From the NCBI GenBank assembly GCA_964490075.1, contig CAZBBK010000002.1, forward strand, positions 114,105-178,104: DNA of 64,000 nt, read 5' to 3'. Within the stretch, counting starts at the first letter, position 1. Each line of letters starts with the position of its first letter. The DNA is from an uncultured Gemmatimonadota bacterium. Lineage in GTDB: Bacteria; GCA-2686955. Both the position numbers and the translations under genes were made by a program. The notes beneath the pieces were generated by a model, which was not told where the DNA came from, did no database searches, and saw only the letters and a program-made list of their open reading frames with translations. Below are positions 8,931-19,144 of the stretch, piece by piece.

Positions 8931-10781
8931 ATGACTGAACAAGCCGCTCCCCCGACCAAGGACCACGAAGACGCCTCGCAGGACGAAGAGCCGAGGCAAA
9001 AAGTCAGCCCCTTCGTGCGCATGATGCAGGATGAAGAGGACGAAGATCTCCACGGCGTCGAAGACGAGGAGATGCTGGCACTGATCGAGAGCTCCACCGA
9101 CAACATGGAAGAGGGCCGGATCATCCGCGGCAAGGTGGTCCAAGTGTCGGAGAAGGAGGTCCTGGTCGACGTTTCGCTGAAAGCCGAGGGGATCGTCGCG
9201 ATCAACGAGTTCGGCGAGGCTCGCCACGAGCTCAAGGCCGGCGACGAGATCGAGGTCTTCCTGGACCAGCTCGAAGACGAGAACGGCCGGCCGGTGCTGT
9301 CCAAGCAGCGCGCCGACTTCATTCGAGTGTGGGACCGAATCCGCGCCGCCTACGACAACGAGGAGCCGGTCGAGGGGGTGCTGAAGAAGCGCATCAAGGG
9401 CGGCGTCATCGCCAATCTCTACGGGGTTCCCGCATTTCTTCCCGGCTCGCAGATCGACCTCAAGCCGGTCAAGAACATCGAGGCGATCCTGGGCGAGAGC
9501 TTCGAGTTCAAGATCATCAAGATCAACAAGCGCCGGCGCAACATCGTGGTGTCCCGCCGCAAGCTTCTCGAGGAACGGCGCAAGGTGCTGCGCGACAGGA
9601 TCCTCGTCGACCTGGAAAAGGGCCAGATTCGCAAGGGCGTGGTGAAGAACATCACCGACTTCGGCGCCTTCATCGATCTCGGCGGCATCGACGGCCTCTT
9701 GCACATCACCGACATGTCCTGGGGGCGCGTCACCCATCCCTCGAATCTGCTCACCATCGGCCAGGAGATGGACATCAAGATCCTGGAGTTCGATCGCGAG
9801 AGGGAGCGGATCTCGCTGGGGCTCAAGCAGCTCGATCCCTACCCGTGGGACAACATCGAGCTCAAGTACCCCGAGGGCTCGGTGGCCTGCGGGCGCGTGG
9901 TGTCGATCGTCGACTACGGCGCCTTCGTCGAGCTCGAGAAGGGGGTCGAGGGACTGATCCACATCTCCGAGATGAGCTGGACCCGCAACGTCCGCCATCC
10001 CTCCAAGATCCTCACCGTGAACGACGAGGTGAACATCAAGGTGCTGCGCGTCGACTCCCAGAACGAGAAGATCTCGCTGGGCCTCAAGCAGGTCGAGCCC
10101 GATCCCTGGGAGACCCTCGACGAGCAGTTCCCGATCGGCACCCGGCTCTTGGGCAAGGTGCGCAACCTGACCAACTTCGGCGCTTTCGTGGAGATCATGG
10201 AGGGGATCGACGGTCTGGTCCATATCAGCGATATGTCGTGGACCAAGCGGGTCCGCCACCCCTCCGAGGTGGTCAAGAAGGGCGACGAGGTCGAAGTGGT
10301 GATCCTCAACATCGACAAGGAGAATCGCCGCATCAGCCTGGGCATGAAGCAGGTCGGCGACGATCCCTGGAGCAACGTCACCTCCTTCTTCAACGTCGGC
10401 GACGAGGTCGAGGCGACCATCCACCGGGTGGTCGAAAAGGGCCTGGTGGTCGACCTGCCCCACAACTACGAGGGCTTCGTGCCGATCAGCCAGATCGGCC
10501 AGCAGGCCTCGGGTCGCAAGCTCGCCGACCTGTTCAAGGAGAGCGACAAGATCCCGATGAAGCTGATCGAGATCGACCCCCTGGAGCGCAGAATCGTGCT
10601 CTCGATCCGCGCCTACACCGAGGATCGCAACCAGCCCGAAGAGGAGTACCTGCGCAAGCACACCCACATCCAGGAGGTCGGCGGCGAATCGCTCGGCGCC
10701 AAGCTCTCCGAGGCGCTGGCGGCCAAGAGCCAGGAGGCCGAAGAGGAGTCCTCCGAACCCGAAGACGACGCAGGCGAGTGA
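8931..10781 (+). CDS. rpsA: 30S ribosomal protein S1
   Basis: Six S1 repeats (e.g. 'VKNITDFGAFIDLGGIDGLLHITDMSW'); cmk-rpsA synteny; GAGGA RBS. Confidence 0.97.
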   Translation: MTEQAAPPTKDHEDASQDEEPRQKVSPFVRMMQDEEDEDLHGVEDEEMLALIESSTDNMEEGRIIRGKVVQVSEKEVLVDVSLKAEGIVAINEFGEARHELKAGDEIEVFLDQLEDENGRPVLSKQRADFIRVWDRIRAAYDNEEPVEGVLKKRIKGGVIANLYGVPAFLPGSQIDLKPVKNIEAILGESFEFKIIKINKRRRNIVVSRRKLLEERRKVLRDRILVDLEKGQIRKGVVKNITDFGAFIDLGGIDGLLHITDMSWGRVTHPSNLLTIGQEMDIKILEFDRERERISLGLKQLDPYPWDNIELKYPEGSVACGRVVSIVDYGAFVELEKGVEGLIHISEMSWTRNVRHPSKILTVNDEVNIKVLRVDSQNEKISLGLKQVEPDPWETLDEQFPIGTRLLGKVRNLTNFGAFVEIMEGIDGLVHISDMSWTKRVRHPSEVVKKGDEVEVVILNIDKENRRISLGMKQVGDDPWSNVTSFFNVGDEVEATIHRVVEKGLVVDLPHNYEGFVPISQIGQQASGRKLADLFKESDKIPMKLIEIDPLERRIVLSIRAYTEDRNQPEEEYLRKHTHIQEVGGESLGAKLSEALAAKSQEAEEESSEPEDDAGE

Positions 10782-10924
10782 GCGGCGAGTCCGACAACGA
10801 GCGCCCGCGGCGACCGAGCTTCGATCGACTGGAGCTGCATCGGCCGCGGGTGCCCACGCTGCGGCGCAATCTTCTGCTCCTGATCGCTCTTCTGGCGCTC
10901 TGGTTCTACTTGAGCAGTCTGTAG
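10778..10924 (+). CDS. Small (48 aa) protein with C-terminal transmembrane helix
   Basis: GTGA overlap with the rpsA stop; MSGESDNERPRRPSFDRLELHRPRVPTLRRNLLLLIALLALWFYLSSL. Confidence 0.55.
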   Translation: MSGESDNERPRRPSFDRLELHRPRVPTLRRNLLLLIALLALWFYLSSL

Positions 10925-10981
10925 CGGATGGAGGAAGAGCGGTCGGGGGACTCCCCGGCCGCCCCGAGCCAGGAGGTCCGG

Positions 10982-11980
10982 ATGTCAGAGCTGCGCAGGG
11001 ATCCGATCGCCGGACGCTGGGTGATCATCGCCACCGAGCGCGGGCGCCGTCCCGGCTCCTTCGGCACCGAGCGCAGTCCCTTTCCGAAGGGAATCTGCCC
11101 GCTCTGCCCCGGCCACGAAGGGATGACGCCGCCGGAGATCGCGGCGGTGCGCGGCGAAAACTCCCGTCCCGACACTCCGGGCTGGCACGCGCGGGTGATT
11201 CCCAACCTCTTTCCGGCGCTGGAGGTCGAAGGCGCGTTGGAGCGGCGCGGGCTCGGGCTCTTCGACCAGATGAGCGGAGTGGGAGCCCACGAGGTGCTGG
11301 TCGAGTCTCCGCACCACGAACGCGAGCTGGCCGACCTCGATCCGGCCTCGTTCCGCAACGTGCTGCTGCTCTGCGTGGACCGCATCCGCGACCTGCGGGG
11401 CGACCGCCGCTTGCGCTATCTGCTGCTCTTCAAGAACCACGGCAGCGAGGCGGGGGCGAGCCTCGAGCACACCCATTCGCAGCTGATCGCCATGCCGATC
11501 GTGCCGCGCCAGGTGGCCGAGGAGCTGGAGGGGGCGCGCCGCCACTTCCGGCACAAGGAGCGCTGCATCTTCTGCGACGTGATCGACCAGGAGCTGCACG
11601 ATGGGGCGCGGATCGTGAGCGAAACCGAGCATTTCGTGGTGATCGAGCCCTTCGCCGCGCGCTGTCCCTTCGAGACCTGGATCCTGCCCCGGCGTCACAC
11701 CTCCGACTTCGACGACATCGGCGCGGCGGAATTGGAGGCCCTGGCGGTGGTGTTCCGCGATACCCTGCAACGTCTGAAGGGGGCATTGGAGGATCCGGCC
11801 TACAACTTCATGCTCCACTCAGGGCCGCTGCAGGAGGAACGCCTGGAGCACTACCACTGGCACATCGAGATCATGCCCAAGCTGATTCACGTGGCCGGTT
11901 TCGAATGGGGCAGCGGCTTCTTCATCAACCCCACCGCGCCCGAGGAAGCGGCGCGTTTCCTGCGCGAGGTGAAGATCTGA
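10982..11980 (+). CDS. galT: Galactose-1-phosphate uridylyltransferase family (HIT superfamily)
   Basis: 'SELRRDP...WVIIATER', CPLC, 'GAHEVLVES', 'GASLEHTHSQ', 'AGFEWGSG'; AGGAGG RBS. Confidence 0.92.
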   Translation: MSELRRDPIAGRWVIIATERGRRPGSFGTERSPFPKGICPLCPGHEGMTPPEIAAVRGENSRPDTPGWHARVIPNLFPALEVEGALERRGLGLFDQMSGVGAHEVLVESPHHERELADLDPASFRNVLLLCVDRIRDLRGDRRLRYLLLFKNHGSEAGASLEHTHSQLIAMPIVPRQVAEELEGARRHFRHKERCIFCDVIDQELHDGARIVSETEHFVVIEPFAARCPFETWILPRRHTSDFDDIGAAELEALAVVFRDTLQRLKGALEDPAYNFMLHSGPLQEERLEHYHWHIEIMPKLIHVAGFEWGSGFFINPTAPEEAARFLREVKI

Positions 11981-12002
11981 TGCCCGTCACCGGGAGGCTG
12001 TG

Positions 12003-13484
<1,482 letters not shown>

Positions 13485-13590
13485 GGGCAGGTTCAGGGAG
13501 AGTCGCCGGGGCCGGTCTCAGTTTTCAGGGTGTCCGAAGGCGTCGATGGTTAGATTGTGCATGCTGTGCCGATGAACCGGAGGGAATCCC

Positions 13591-15942
13591 ATGCGATTCT
13601 TGTGTTGCTGTGCATCGCTTTTGCTCGTCACGGGGGCGTGCCTGGCGAACGATCACAGACCCGCCACCATCCGCGTTCCCGAGGATCAGCCCACGATCCA
13701 GGCGGGCATCGACGCCGCCTCCCTGGGCGACACGGTTCTGGTGGCGCCGGACACCTACACCGGAGCGGGCAATACCGACCTGGACTTCGGGGGCATCGAC
13801 CGGGTTCTTCGATCGCGGGAGGGTGCAGAGTCCACGGTCATCGACTGCGCGGGCGCTGCTCGCGGAGTCCACTTTCGCAATCATGAGACGCCCGCCTCGG
13901 TGGTAGAGGGGTTCACCATCCGCAAGGGCTGGACCAATGCCGATGGTGACCAACGGCTACAACTCCGTGATCGTCGCGATCCCGAGGTTGGGTCTGTGAC
14001 GCTCGCATCGCTGGCGCTCGCCGCCGTGCTCGGGGGCACGCCCGTGTCTCCGGCCGGCGGCGAGCTGGTGCCGGTGGCGTTCTGGCCGAGGCCGAATATC
14101 GGAGCGCTCGAGCCCTGGGGGGCTACTCGGGCCCTCGTGGCGGCCCGCGACATGATCGGGGTGGTTCGGGTGGAGACCGGGGACCGGCTCGTGCTGGATT
14201 GGCTCGCCCCCGGGCCTTACAACAAGTTTGGCGGCACGGTCTCGGATCTCGGTCCGATCTACGCAGCCGGACGGAAAGACAACTTCGCGATCCTGGATAC
14301 GACCGGCGTGTTGCTCGGACTCGTAGCGATGGACGAACCGGGGTGGCGGTTGAAGGCGGAGGGCAGCGCGTTGTTCGTCGGCCCCGCCGGCGGTTCCCAT
14401 GTCGGCCTCAGGAGCTACGACATCAGCGATCCTCTCGATCCGGTTCTCGTCTCGTCGGTTCTGGTTGGCACGAGCGATTTGGTGGTCACGTCGGACCACG
14501 TATTCACCGGCGGGCTGGACCGCCACGATTTGGCGGCGCTGGCGCGAAGCGCCGGGGATTCGCTCGTCCTCCTGGACCATGAGGAGTGGACCTGCTCGAC
14601 GCGATACCTCGCCTACTCTGCGCCTTGGCTGCTCAGCTCGTTGGATGAGGACCGTTTCGGCGGCGACTGCCAACAGCTCGCCAAGTTCGAAGGCGACAGT
14701 CTGCGCATCGTTCACACCGACCTCGACGTCCGCTACTCCGGCGACTTGGAGGTGGTAGAGAGCCGGATCTACGCGGTTGGCTGGATGGAGGGCGACTCGA
14801 CCTACGGCATCGCCACCCTCGAGCCGCGCGAGCCCGCCGATCTGGTGCTGACCGACTTCCTGCCACTGGACCGACTGTCGAATATCTCACGCCTCGCCTG
14901 GCTCGAAAGCGGCTACCTCCTTGCCTCGGGCGGGCCAGAGGGCCTCACCTTGCTCGCGGCCGATCCCGACGGCACGCTCCATCCGCGCGACTGGATCGGG
15001 CTTCGGGGCGTGCCCTTGCGCTTCGATCTCGACGGCGATCTGCTCGTTTCGTCGGAAGGCAGCGAACTCCGCTGGGTGCGGAATCCCTTCGACCCTCCGA
15101 CGAGAGAAATCGGCCATGCCGCGGCCGAGGACCACCACTGGGGCGGAATCGCGATCGTGCCGGACACCGACTTCGTCATAAGCCAGCGGAGCCGCGGAAC
15201 GGTCGAGAGCTTCGAGCTGGAGGATCAGCCGATCCCGATCTCGTCCGATTCACTCCGCGGAAACGGCGGGGTCAGCAGCATACACGCGGCTCCCGGGTTA
15301 GTTCTGGTCGTCAACCAAGTGCAGTTCAACCTTTTCTCCCTCGACCAGCAGGGCCATCTCGGCCACCTCGATTACGTCGGCCTTGTCGATGTGGAGGATG
15401 CTGCCCTCGAGATGTGGAACGATTCGTTGGCCATAGCGACCCAGGGGATCTGGATGCAAGGGCTGTGGACCTTCGCGCCCGGCGACACGGCGACCGTGCA
15501 GCGCGCCTACTGGACACCGAACTGCGGCACACCGCTCGATATGGACATTCGCGGTCGCGAAGTGGCCTACGCCACGGGCTGCGCCATCGAGTTCTGGGAC
15601 CTGACCGATCCGGACTCGCCGCGTTTCACCGAGGAGTGGCGCCCGCCGCCGGGTCAGGCCGCCGAATCGGTGGCGCTCGCACCGGGCTTCGCCGTCGTCG
15701 CCACGTGGGGCGATTCTCTCTACGTGCTCGATCGAACCGGCCCCGAGATCCGCCAGGTCGCATCCGCCTTGCTCCCCGCCCGCTCGGACAATGTAGAGCT
15801 GGGCCTCGACACCGAAGGCCGCCCCCACGTCGTCTGTCAGGTCGGCGGCAACGGCTACATAGTCTTCACCCTGCGCGAAGGCCGCCTGGAGCGCGCCCCG
15901 GCGCCGCCGCTGGAACTATGGGGATTCGAGGAGAGGCGCTGA
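13591..15942 (+). CDS. Secreted protein: truncated pectin-lyase/beta-helix N-terminal module fused to an LVIVD-like beta-propeller
   Basis: Signal peptide then 'TIRVPEDQPTIQAGIDAA..GDTVLVAP..Y'; later 'YDISDPLDP' and 'WDLTDPDSP' repeats; possible second start at 13996. Confidence 0.6.
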   Translation: MRFLCCCASLLLVTGACLANDHRPATIRVPEDQPTIQAGIDAASLGDTVLVAPDTYTGAGNTDLDFGGIDRVLRSREGAESTVIDCAGAARGVHFRNHETPASVVEGFTIRKGWTNADGDQRLQLRDRRDPEVGSVTLASLALAAVLGGTPVSPAGGELVPVAFWPRPNIGALEPWGATRALVAARDMIGVVRVETGDRLVLDWLAPGPYNKFGGTVSDLGPIYAAGRKDNFAILDTTGVLLGLVAMDEPGWRLKAEGSALFVGPAGGSHVGLRSYDISDPLDPVLVSSVLVGTSDLVVTSDHVFTGGLDRHDLAALARSAGDSLVLLDHEEWTCSTRYLAYSAPWLLSSLDEDRFGGDCQQLAKFEGDSLRIVHTDLDVRYSGDLEVVESRIYAVGWMEGDSTYGIATLEPREPADLVLTDFLPLDRLSNISRLAWLESGYLLASGGPEGLTLLAADPDGTLHPRDWIGLRGVPLRFDLDGDLLVSSEGSELRWVRNPFDPPTREIGHAAAEDHHWGGIAIVPDTDFVISQRSRGTVESFELEDQPIPISSDSLRGNGGVSSIHAAPGLVLVVNQVQFNLFSLDQQGHLGHLDYVGLVDVEDAALEMWNDSLAIATQGIWMQGLWTFAPGDTATVQRAYWTPNCGTPLDMDIRGREVAYATGCAIEFWDLTDPDSPRFTEEWRPPPGQAAESVALAPGFAVVATWGDSLYVLDRTGPEIRQVASALLPARSDNVELGLDTEGRPHVVCQVGGNGYIVFTLREGRLERAPAPPLELWGFEERR

Positions 15943-15969
15943 TCGCTCGGCGGGCCATCGAGATTCCAG

Positions 15970-15999
15970 TTGACTCCCCCGCCGCCGCCCTGCTACAAA
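15970..15999 (+). promoter_or_regulatory. Putative sigma-70 promoter of the tRNA cluster
   Basis: TTGACT-N18-TACAAA with TG extension, 13 nt before tRNA-Gly. Confidence 0.5.
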
Positions 16000-16012
16000 G
16001 CCTGTGCTTTAC

Positions 16013-16087
16013 GCGGGAATAGCTCAGTGGTAGAGCGCCACCTTGCCAAGGTGGATGTCGCGAGTTCAAATCTCGTTTCCCGCTCCA
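16013..16087 (+). tRNA. tRNA-Gly(GCC)
   Basis: GCGGGAA...TTCCCGC-TCCA; anticodon arm CCACC-TTGCCAA-GGTGG; T loop TTCAAAT. Confidence 0.97.
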
Positions 16088-16142
16088 GCTCGCGGGGTCG
16101 GGCGCCGGTGAAAAAGCCCGGCTCTCGACCCCTTGCTTCTGC

Positions 16143-16216
16143 GGCGCCATGGCCAAGTGGTAAGGCAGAGGACTGCAAATCCTTTATCCCCGGTTCGAAT
16201 CCGGGTGGCGCCTCCA
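16143..16216 (+). tRNA. tRNA-Cys(GCA)
   Basis: GGCGCCA...TGGCGCC-TCCA; anticodon loop CTGCAAA; T loop TTCGAAT. Confidence 0.97.
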
Positions 16217-16268
16217 GCAGGTCACGGGCTCGGGTCGCTCGCATGAGCACCCGGGCCCGTCGTACGAT

Positions 16269-16357
16269 GCCGGGATGGCGAAATTGGTATACGCAGGGGA
16301 CTTAAAATCCCCCGGAGCGCTCGCTCCTTGCGGGTTCGAGTCCCGCTCCCGGTACCA
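16269..16357 (+). tRNA. tRNA-Leu(TAA)
   Basis: GCCGGGA...TCCCGGT-ACCA; GGGGA-CTTAAAA-TCCCC anticodon arm; long variable arm. Confidence 0.96.
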
Positions 16358-17111
16358 TTCCTGACACGCCCGCTGCCAGCTCCAGGTAGCGGCCGAGACG
16401 GGCGCTCAAGAGGTAGAAGGGGAGCGTGTCGACCAGCGCCGCGAAGAGCTTGAAGAGGTAGCCCGAGGCGATGAAGACCGCGAGCTGGCGGGCCAGGTCG
16501 CCGGCCGGGTCGATCGGCAGCGCGTGGGCGTAGAAGTGGGTGATCAGGATCACCGCCGCGGTGTCGACCAGCTGGCTGACCAGGGTCGAGCCGTTGTTGC
16601 GCAGCCAGAGGTGGCGGCCGCCGGTGAGGCGCTTCCAGAAGTGGAAGAGCTGCACGTCGCAGAGCTGGGCGCTGAGGTAGGCGATCATCGACGCCGCCAC
16701 GCTGCCGAAGGTCAGGCGTTGGACCTCGAAGAAGACCCGGCCGTGCCAGCCGACCGGCGGCAGTCCGGTGGCGGGATCGAGGGGCGGATGGGGGGGGAGC
16801 GCGCCCCCGAGCCAGAGGATGAAGACCACCCAGAGGTTGAGCAGCAGCCCGACCCAGACCACCATGCTGGCGCGGCGCTTGCCGTAGAGCTCGCTGATCA
16901 GATCGGTGCACAGGAAGGTGATCGGGTAGGGCAGCACGCCGACCGCGATCACCAGCGGAACGCGCAGCCCGCCGAGGTCGAACGAAAGGTCGACGAAGCG
17001 CGTAATACCCAGCACGTTCAGCATCGCCAAGGTGCCCAGAAAGAGGCCCGCCAAGACCAGGAAGACCGCTTCCCGGCGGCGTGCGATCGCGGGGCTCGAG
17101 GGTGGGGGCAT
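16302..17111 (-). CDS. yhhQ: Queuosine precursor transporter (YhhQ / Vut_1 family)
   Basis: 'GVLPYPITFLCTDLISELYG', 'ASMIAYLSAQLCDV', 'LWLRNNGSTLVSQLVDT', 'ALVDTLPFY'. Confidence 0.9.
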   Translation of the reverse strand: MPPPSSPAIARRREAVFLVLAGLFLGTLAMLNVLGITRFVDLSFDLGGLRVPLVIAVGVLPYPITFLCTDLISELYGKRRASMVVWVGLLLNLWVVFILWLGGALPPHPPLDPATGLPPVGWHGRVFFEVQRLTFGSVAASMIAYLSAQLCDVQLFHFWKRLTGGRHLWLRNNGSTLVSQLVDTAAVILITHFYAHALPIDPAGDLARQLAVFIASGYLFKLFAALVDTLPFYLLSARLGRYLELAAGVSGMVPGAGLEPARSERSGGF

Positions 17112-17243
17112 GATGGGGACCGGGCCTATCCTGGGACGGATCGGGATTCGCGGGCAGCGCAGAACGCCCGCGGACGGTACTCTCTACCGGCTCCGATCTC
17201 CAACAATCCGCATTCCCAACATCTCAGACGAACCACACGACCC

Positions 17244-19058
17244 ATGCAGCTGATCCCACGTCCCATCTCGATCCTGATTCTCGCGCTGCTCCCCCTCCTG
17301 GCCGGCCGGCCGGCCGCCGCCCTCGGTCCGGAGGACGCGGTCGAATCGCGGGCCCGCGTCGTCCCGCCGGCGATCCCGCCGGGCTCCTCGGCGGAGCTGC
17401 GCGCGACCGTGGTGGTCGGCCCCGCCTTCCACCTCTACGAGGAGTCGTGCACGGTCGGCTTCGAGCTTCCGGCCGGGGGGGGAGCGGTCGGCGCGACCGC
17501 GAAGCCGCGCGGCGAGATGAAGATCGACTCGGTGACCGGCGAGAAGATGCGGCTCTACGAGGGCACGCTCGAGTTCTCGGCCGAGCTCGAGGTGGGGCCC
17601 GAGGTGGCGCCGGGCAGCTACCCGGTGCGGGTGCTGGTCGGCTACCAGGCGTGCACCGAGAGGGTCTGCTTCTTCCCGCGCCAGGACACGCTGGCCATCG
17701 ACTTCCGGGTCGATCCGGCGGCGCCGGTCCCGGTGCCGACCGAGGCTGGCGGCGAGCAGCTCTCGGCCGCCCCGGAGCGAGCCGGCGGCGCGGAGTACGG
17801 CGCCTTCGCGCGCATCCTCGGCAAGAACCTCTGGGCGGCGCTGGGCATGCTCTGGATCTTCGGACTGGTGGCCAGTTTCACCCCCTGCGTGCTGCCCATG
17901 ATCCCGATCACGGTGCGCATCATCACCACCACTTCGGGGGGCGACCGGACCAAGGGGGTGGTGCTCTCGGTGGTCTACGTGCTCGGCATCGCGGCGATGT
18001 ACGTCACCCTCGGCGTCTCGGCCGGCACCTTCGGGGGACTTTTCGGCGCCTACCTCGGCAACCCTTGGGTGATCTGGAGCCTGGTGGCGGTGTTCGCAGT
18101 CCTGGGGCTGAGCTCCTTCGGCTTCTACAAGCTGCAGCTTCCGGGCGGTCTGCAGACTCGACTGAGCACCGCCGGCGGCGGAGCCTCGGCCTTCGGAGTC
18201 TTCCTGATGGGGCTGGCCGGCGGGCTGATCGCCGCCCCCTGCGTCGGGCCGGTCCTGGCAGGGCTGATTCTGTGGATCGGGCAGGAGGGCAGCCCGGCCC
18301 TCGGCGCGCTCTACATGGGGGCCTTCTCGCTCGGTTTCGGCACCCTCTTCCTGGCGCTGGGGGCCGGGGCCAACGCGGCGATGCCGACCGCCGGCGCCTG
18401 GATGGTGGGAGTGGAGCGCGTGCTCGGCACGCTGCTCTTCGCCGGCGCGCTCTACTTCCTGGAGCAGGTGGTGGAGGCGGCGACCTTCTATGTCGCGCTG
18501 GGGGTGTTCCTGGTGGTGCTGGGGCGCTGGATGGCGCTCTCGAGCGAGGACTCGGAGACTCCCTTCCTGCTGCTGCGCTCGGCCTTCGGCAAGCTGGTCG
18601 GCGCGGCCGGGATCTTCGCCGTGCTGGGAACCTTCGCGCACCAAGGCTGGCTGCTGCCACGGCCGCTGCTCGGAGTCGGAGGCTCGGCGGTCGTGGCCGG
18701 CCACCCCGAGATCGCCTGGCAGGCGGGCGGCGCGGCCGAAATCGATGCCGCGATGGCAAGCGGGGGTCCCGTGATCATCGACTTCACGGCCGACTGGTGC
18801 ATCGCCTGCAAGGAGCTCGACAAGCTGACCTTCTCCGATCCCGCCGTGGTGGCGGAGGCGCGACGCTTCACGGCGCTGAAGGTCGACTGCACGCGCTCCG
18901 CCGACGACGCGGTCAAGGAGGTGCAGCGGCGCTTCCAGGTGAGCTCTCTGCCGACCGTGCTGCTGGTCGATTCGCAGGGGCGCATCGCCGCGGGCGAGAC
19001 GGTGCGCGGCTTCGTGGACGCCGAGGAGCTGCTGCGCCGCATGCGCACCATCCACTGA
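17244..19058 (+). CDS. dsbD: Thiol:disulfide interchange protein DsbD
   Basis: Signal peptide; N-domain 'YQACTERVCFFP'; membrane domain 'FTPCVLPMIP' and 'APCVGP'; thioredoxin 'FTADWCIACK'. Confidence 0.93.
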   Translation: MQLIPRPISILILALLPLLAGRPAAALGPEDAVESRARVVPPAIPPGSSAELRATVVVGPAFHLYEESCTVGFELPAGGGAVGATAKPRGEMKIDSVTGEKMRLYEGTLEFSAELEVGPEVAPGSYPVRVLVGYQACTERVCFFPRQDTLAIDFRVDPAAPVPVPTEAGGEQLSAAPERAGGAEYGAFARILGKNLWAALGMLWIFGLVASFTPCVLPMIPITVRIITTTSGGDRTKGVVLSVVYVLGIAAMYVTLGVSAGTFGGLFGAYLGNPWVIWSLVAVFAVLGLSSFGFYKLQLPGGLQTRLSTAGGGASAFGVFLMGLAGGLIAAPCVGPVLAGLILWIGQEGSPALGALYMGAFSLGFGTLFLALGAGANAAMPTAGAWMVGVERVLGTLLFAGALYFLEQVVEAATFYVALGVFLVVLGRWMALSSEDSETPFLLLRSAFGKLVGAAGIFAVLGTFAHQGWLLPRPLLGVGGSAVVAGHPEIAWQAGGAAEIDAAMASGGPVIIDFTADWCIACKELDKLTFSDPAVVAEARRFTALKVDCTRSADDAVKEVQRRFQVSSLPTVLLVDSQGRIAAGETVRGFVDAEELLRRMRTIH

Positions 19059-19144
19059 TCCACGATCCAGTTGCACGGGATTCGACACCCGCTACATCGG
19101 CCCCGGGGGATCGCCGATAGCAGGGTAGACCAACGGATCAACGT

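Noticed and set aside
6243-10667. 1474-aa minus-strand ORF and similar long antisense ORFs (e.g. 18488-21679, 28584-31202, 59479-61905)
   Set aside because: They mirror well-supported genes on the opposite strand, have no motifs, and are expected in high-GC DNA.
16013-16357. Integrated prophage or island at the tRNA cluster
   Set aside because: No integrase, phage genes or duplicated tRNA 3' end were found in the window.
17112-17243. preQ1 riboswitch upstream of yhhQ (also looked upstream of queD)
   Set aside because: No recognisable preQ1 stem-loop or A-rich tail.
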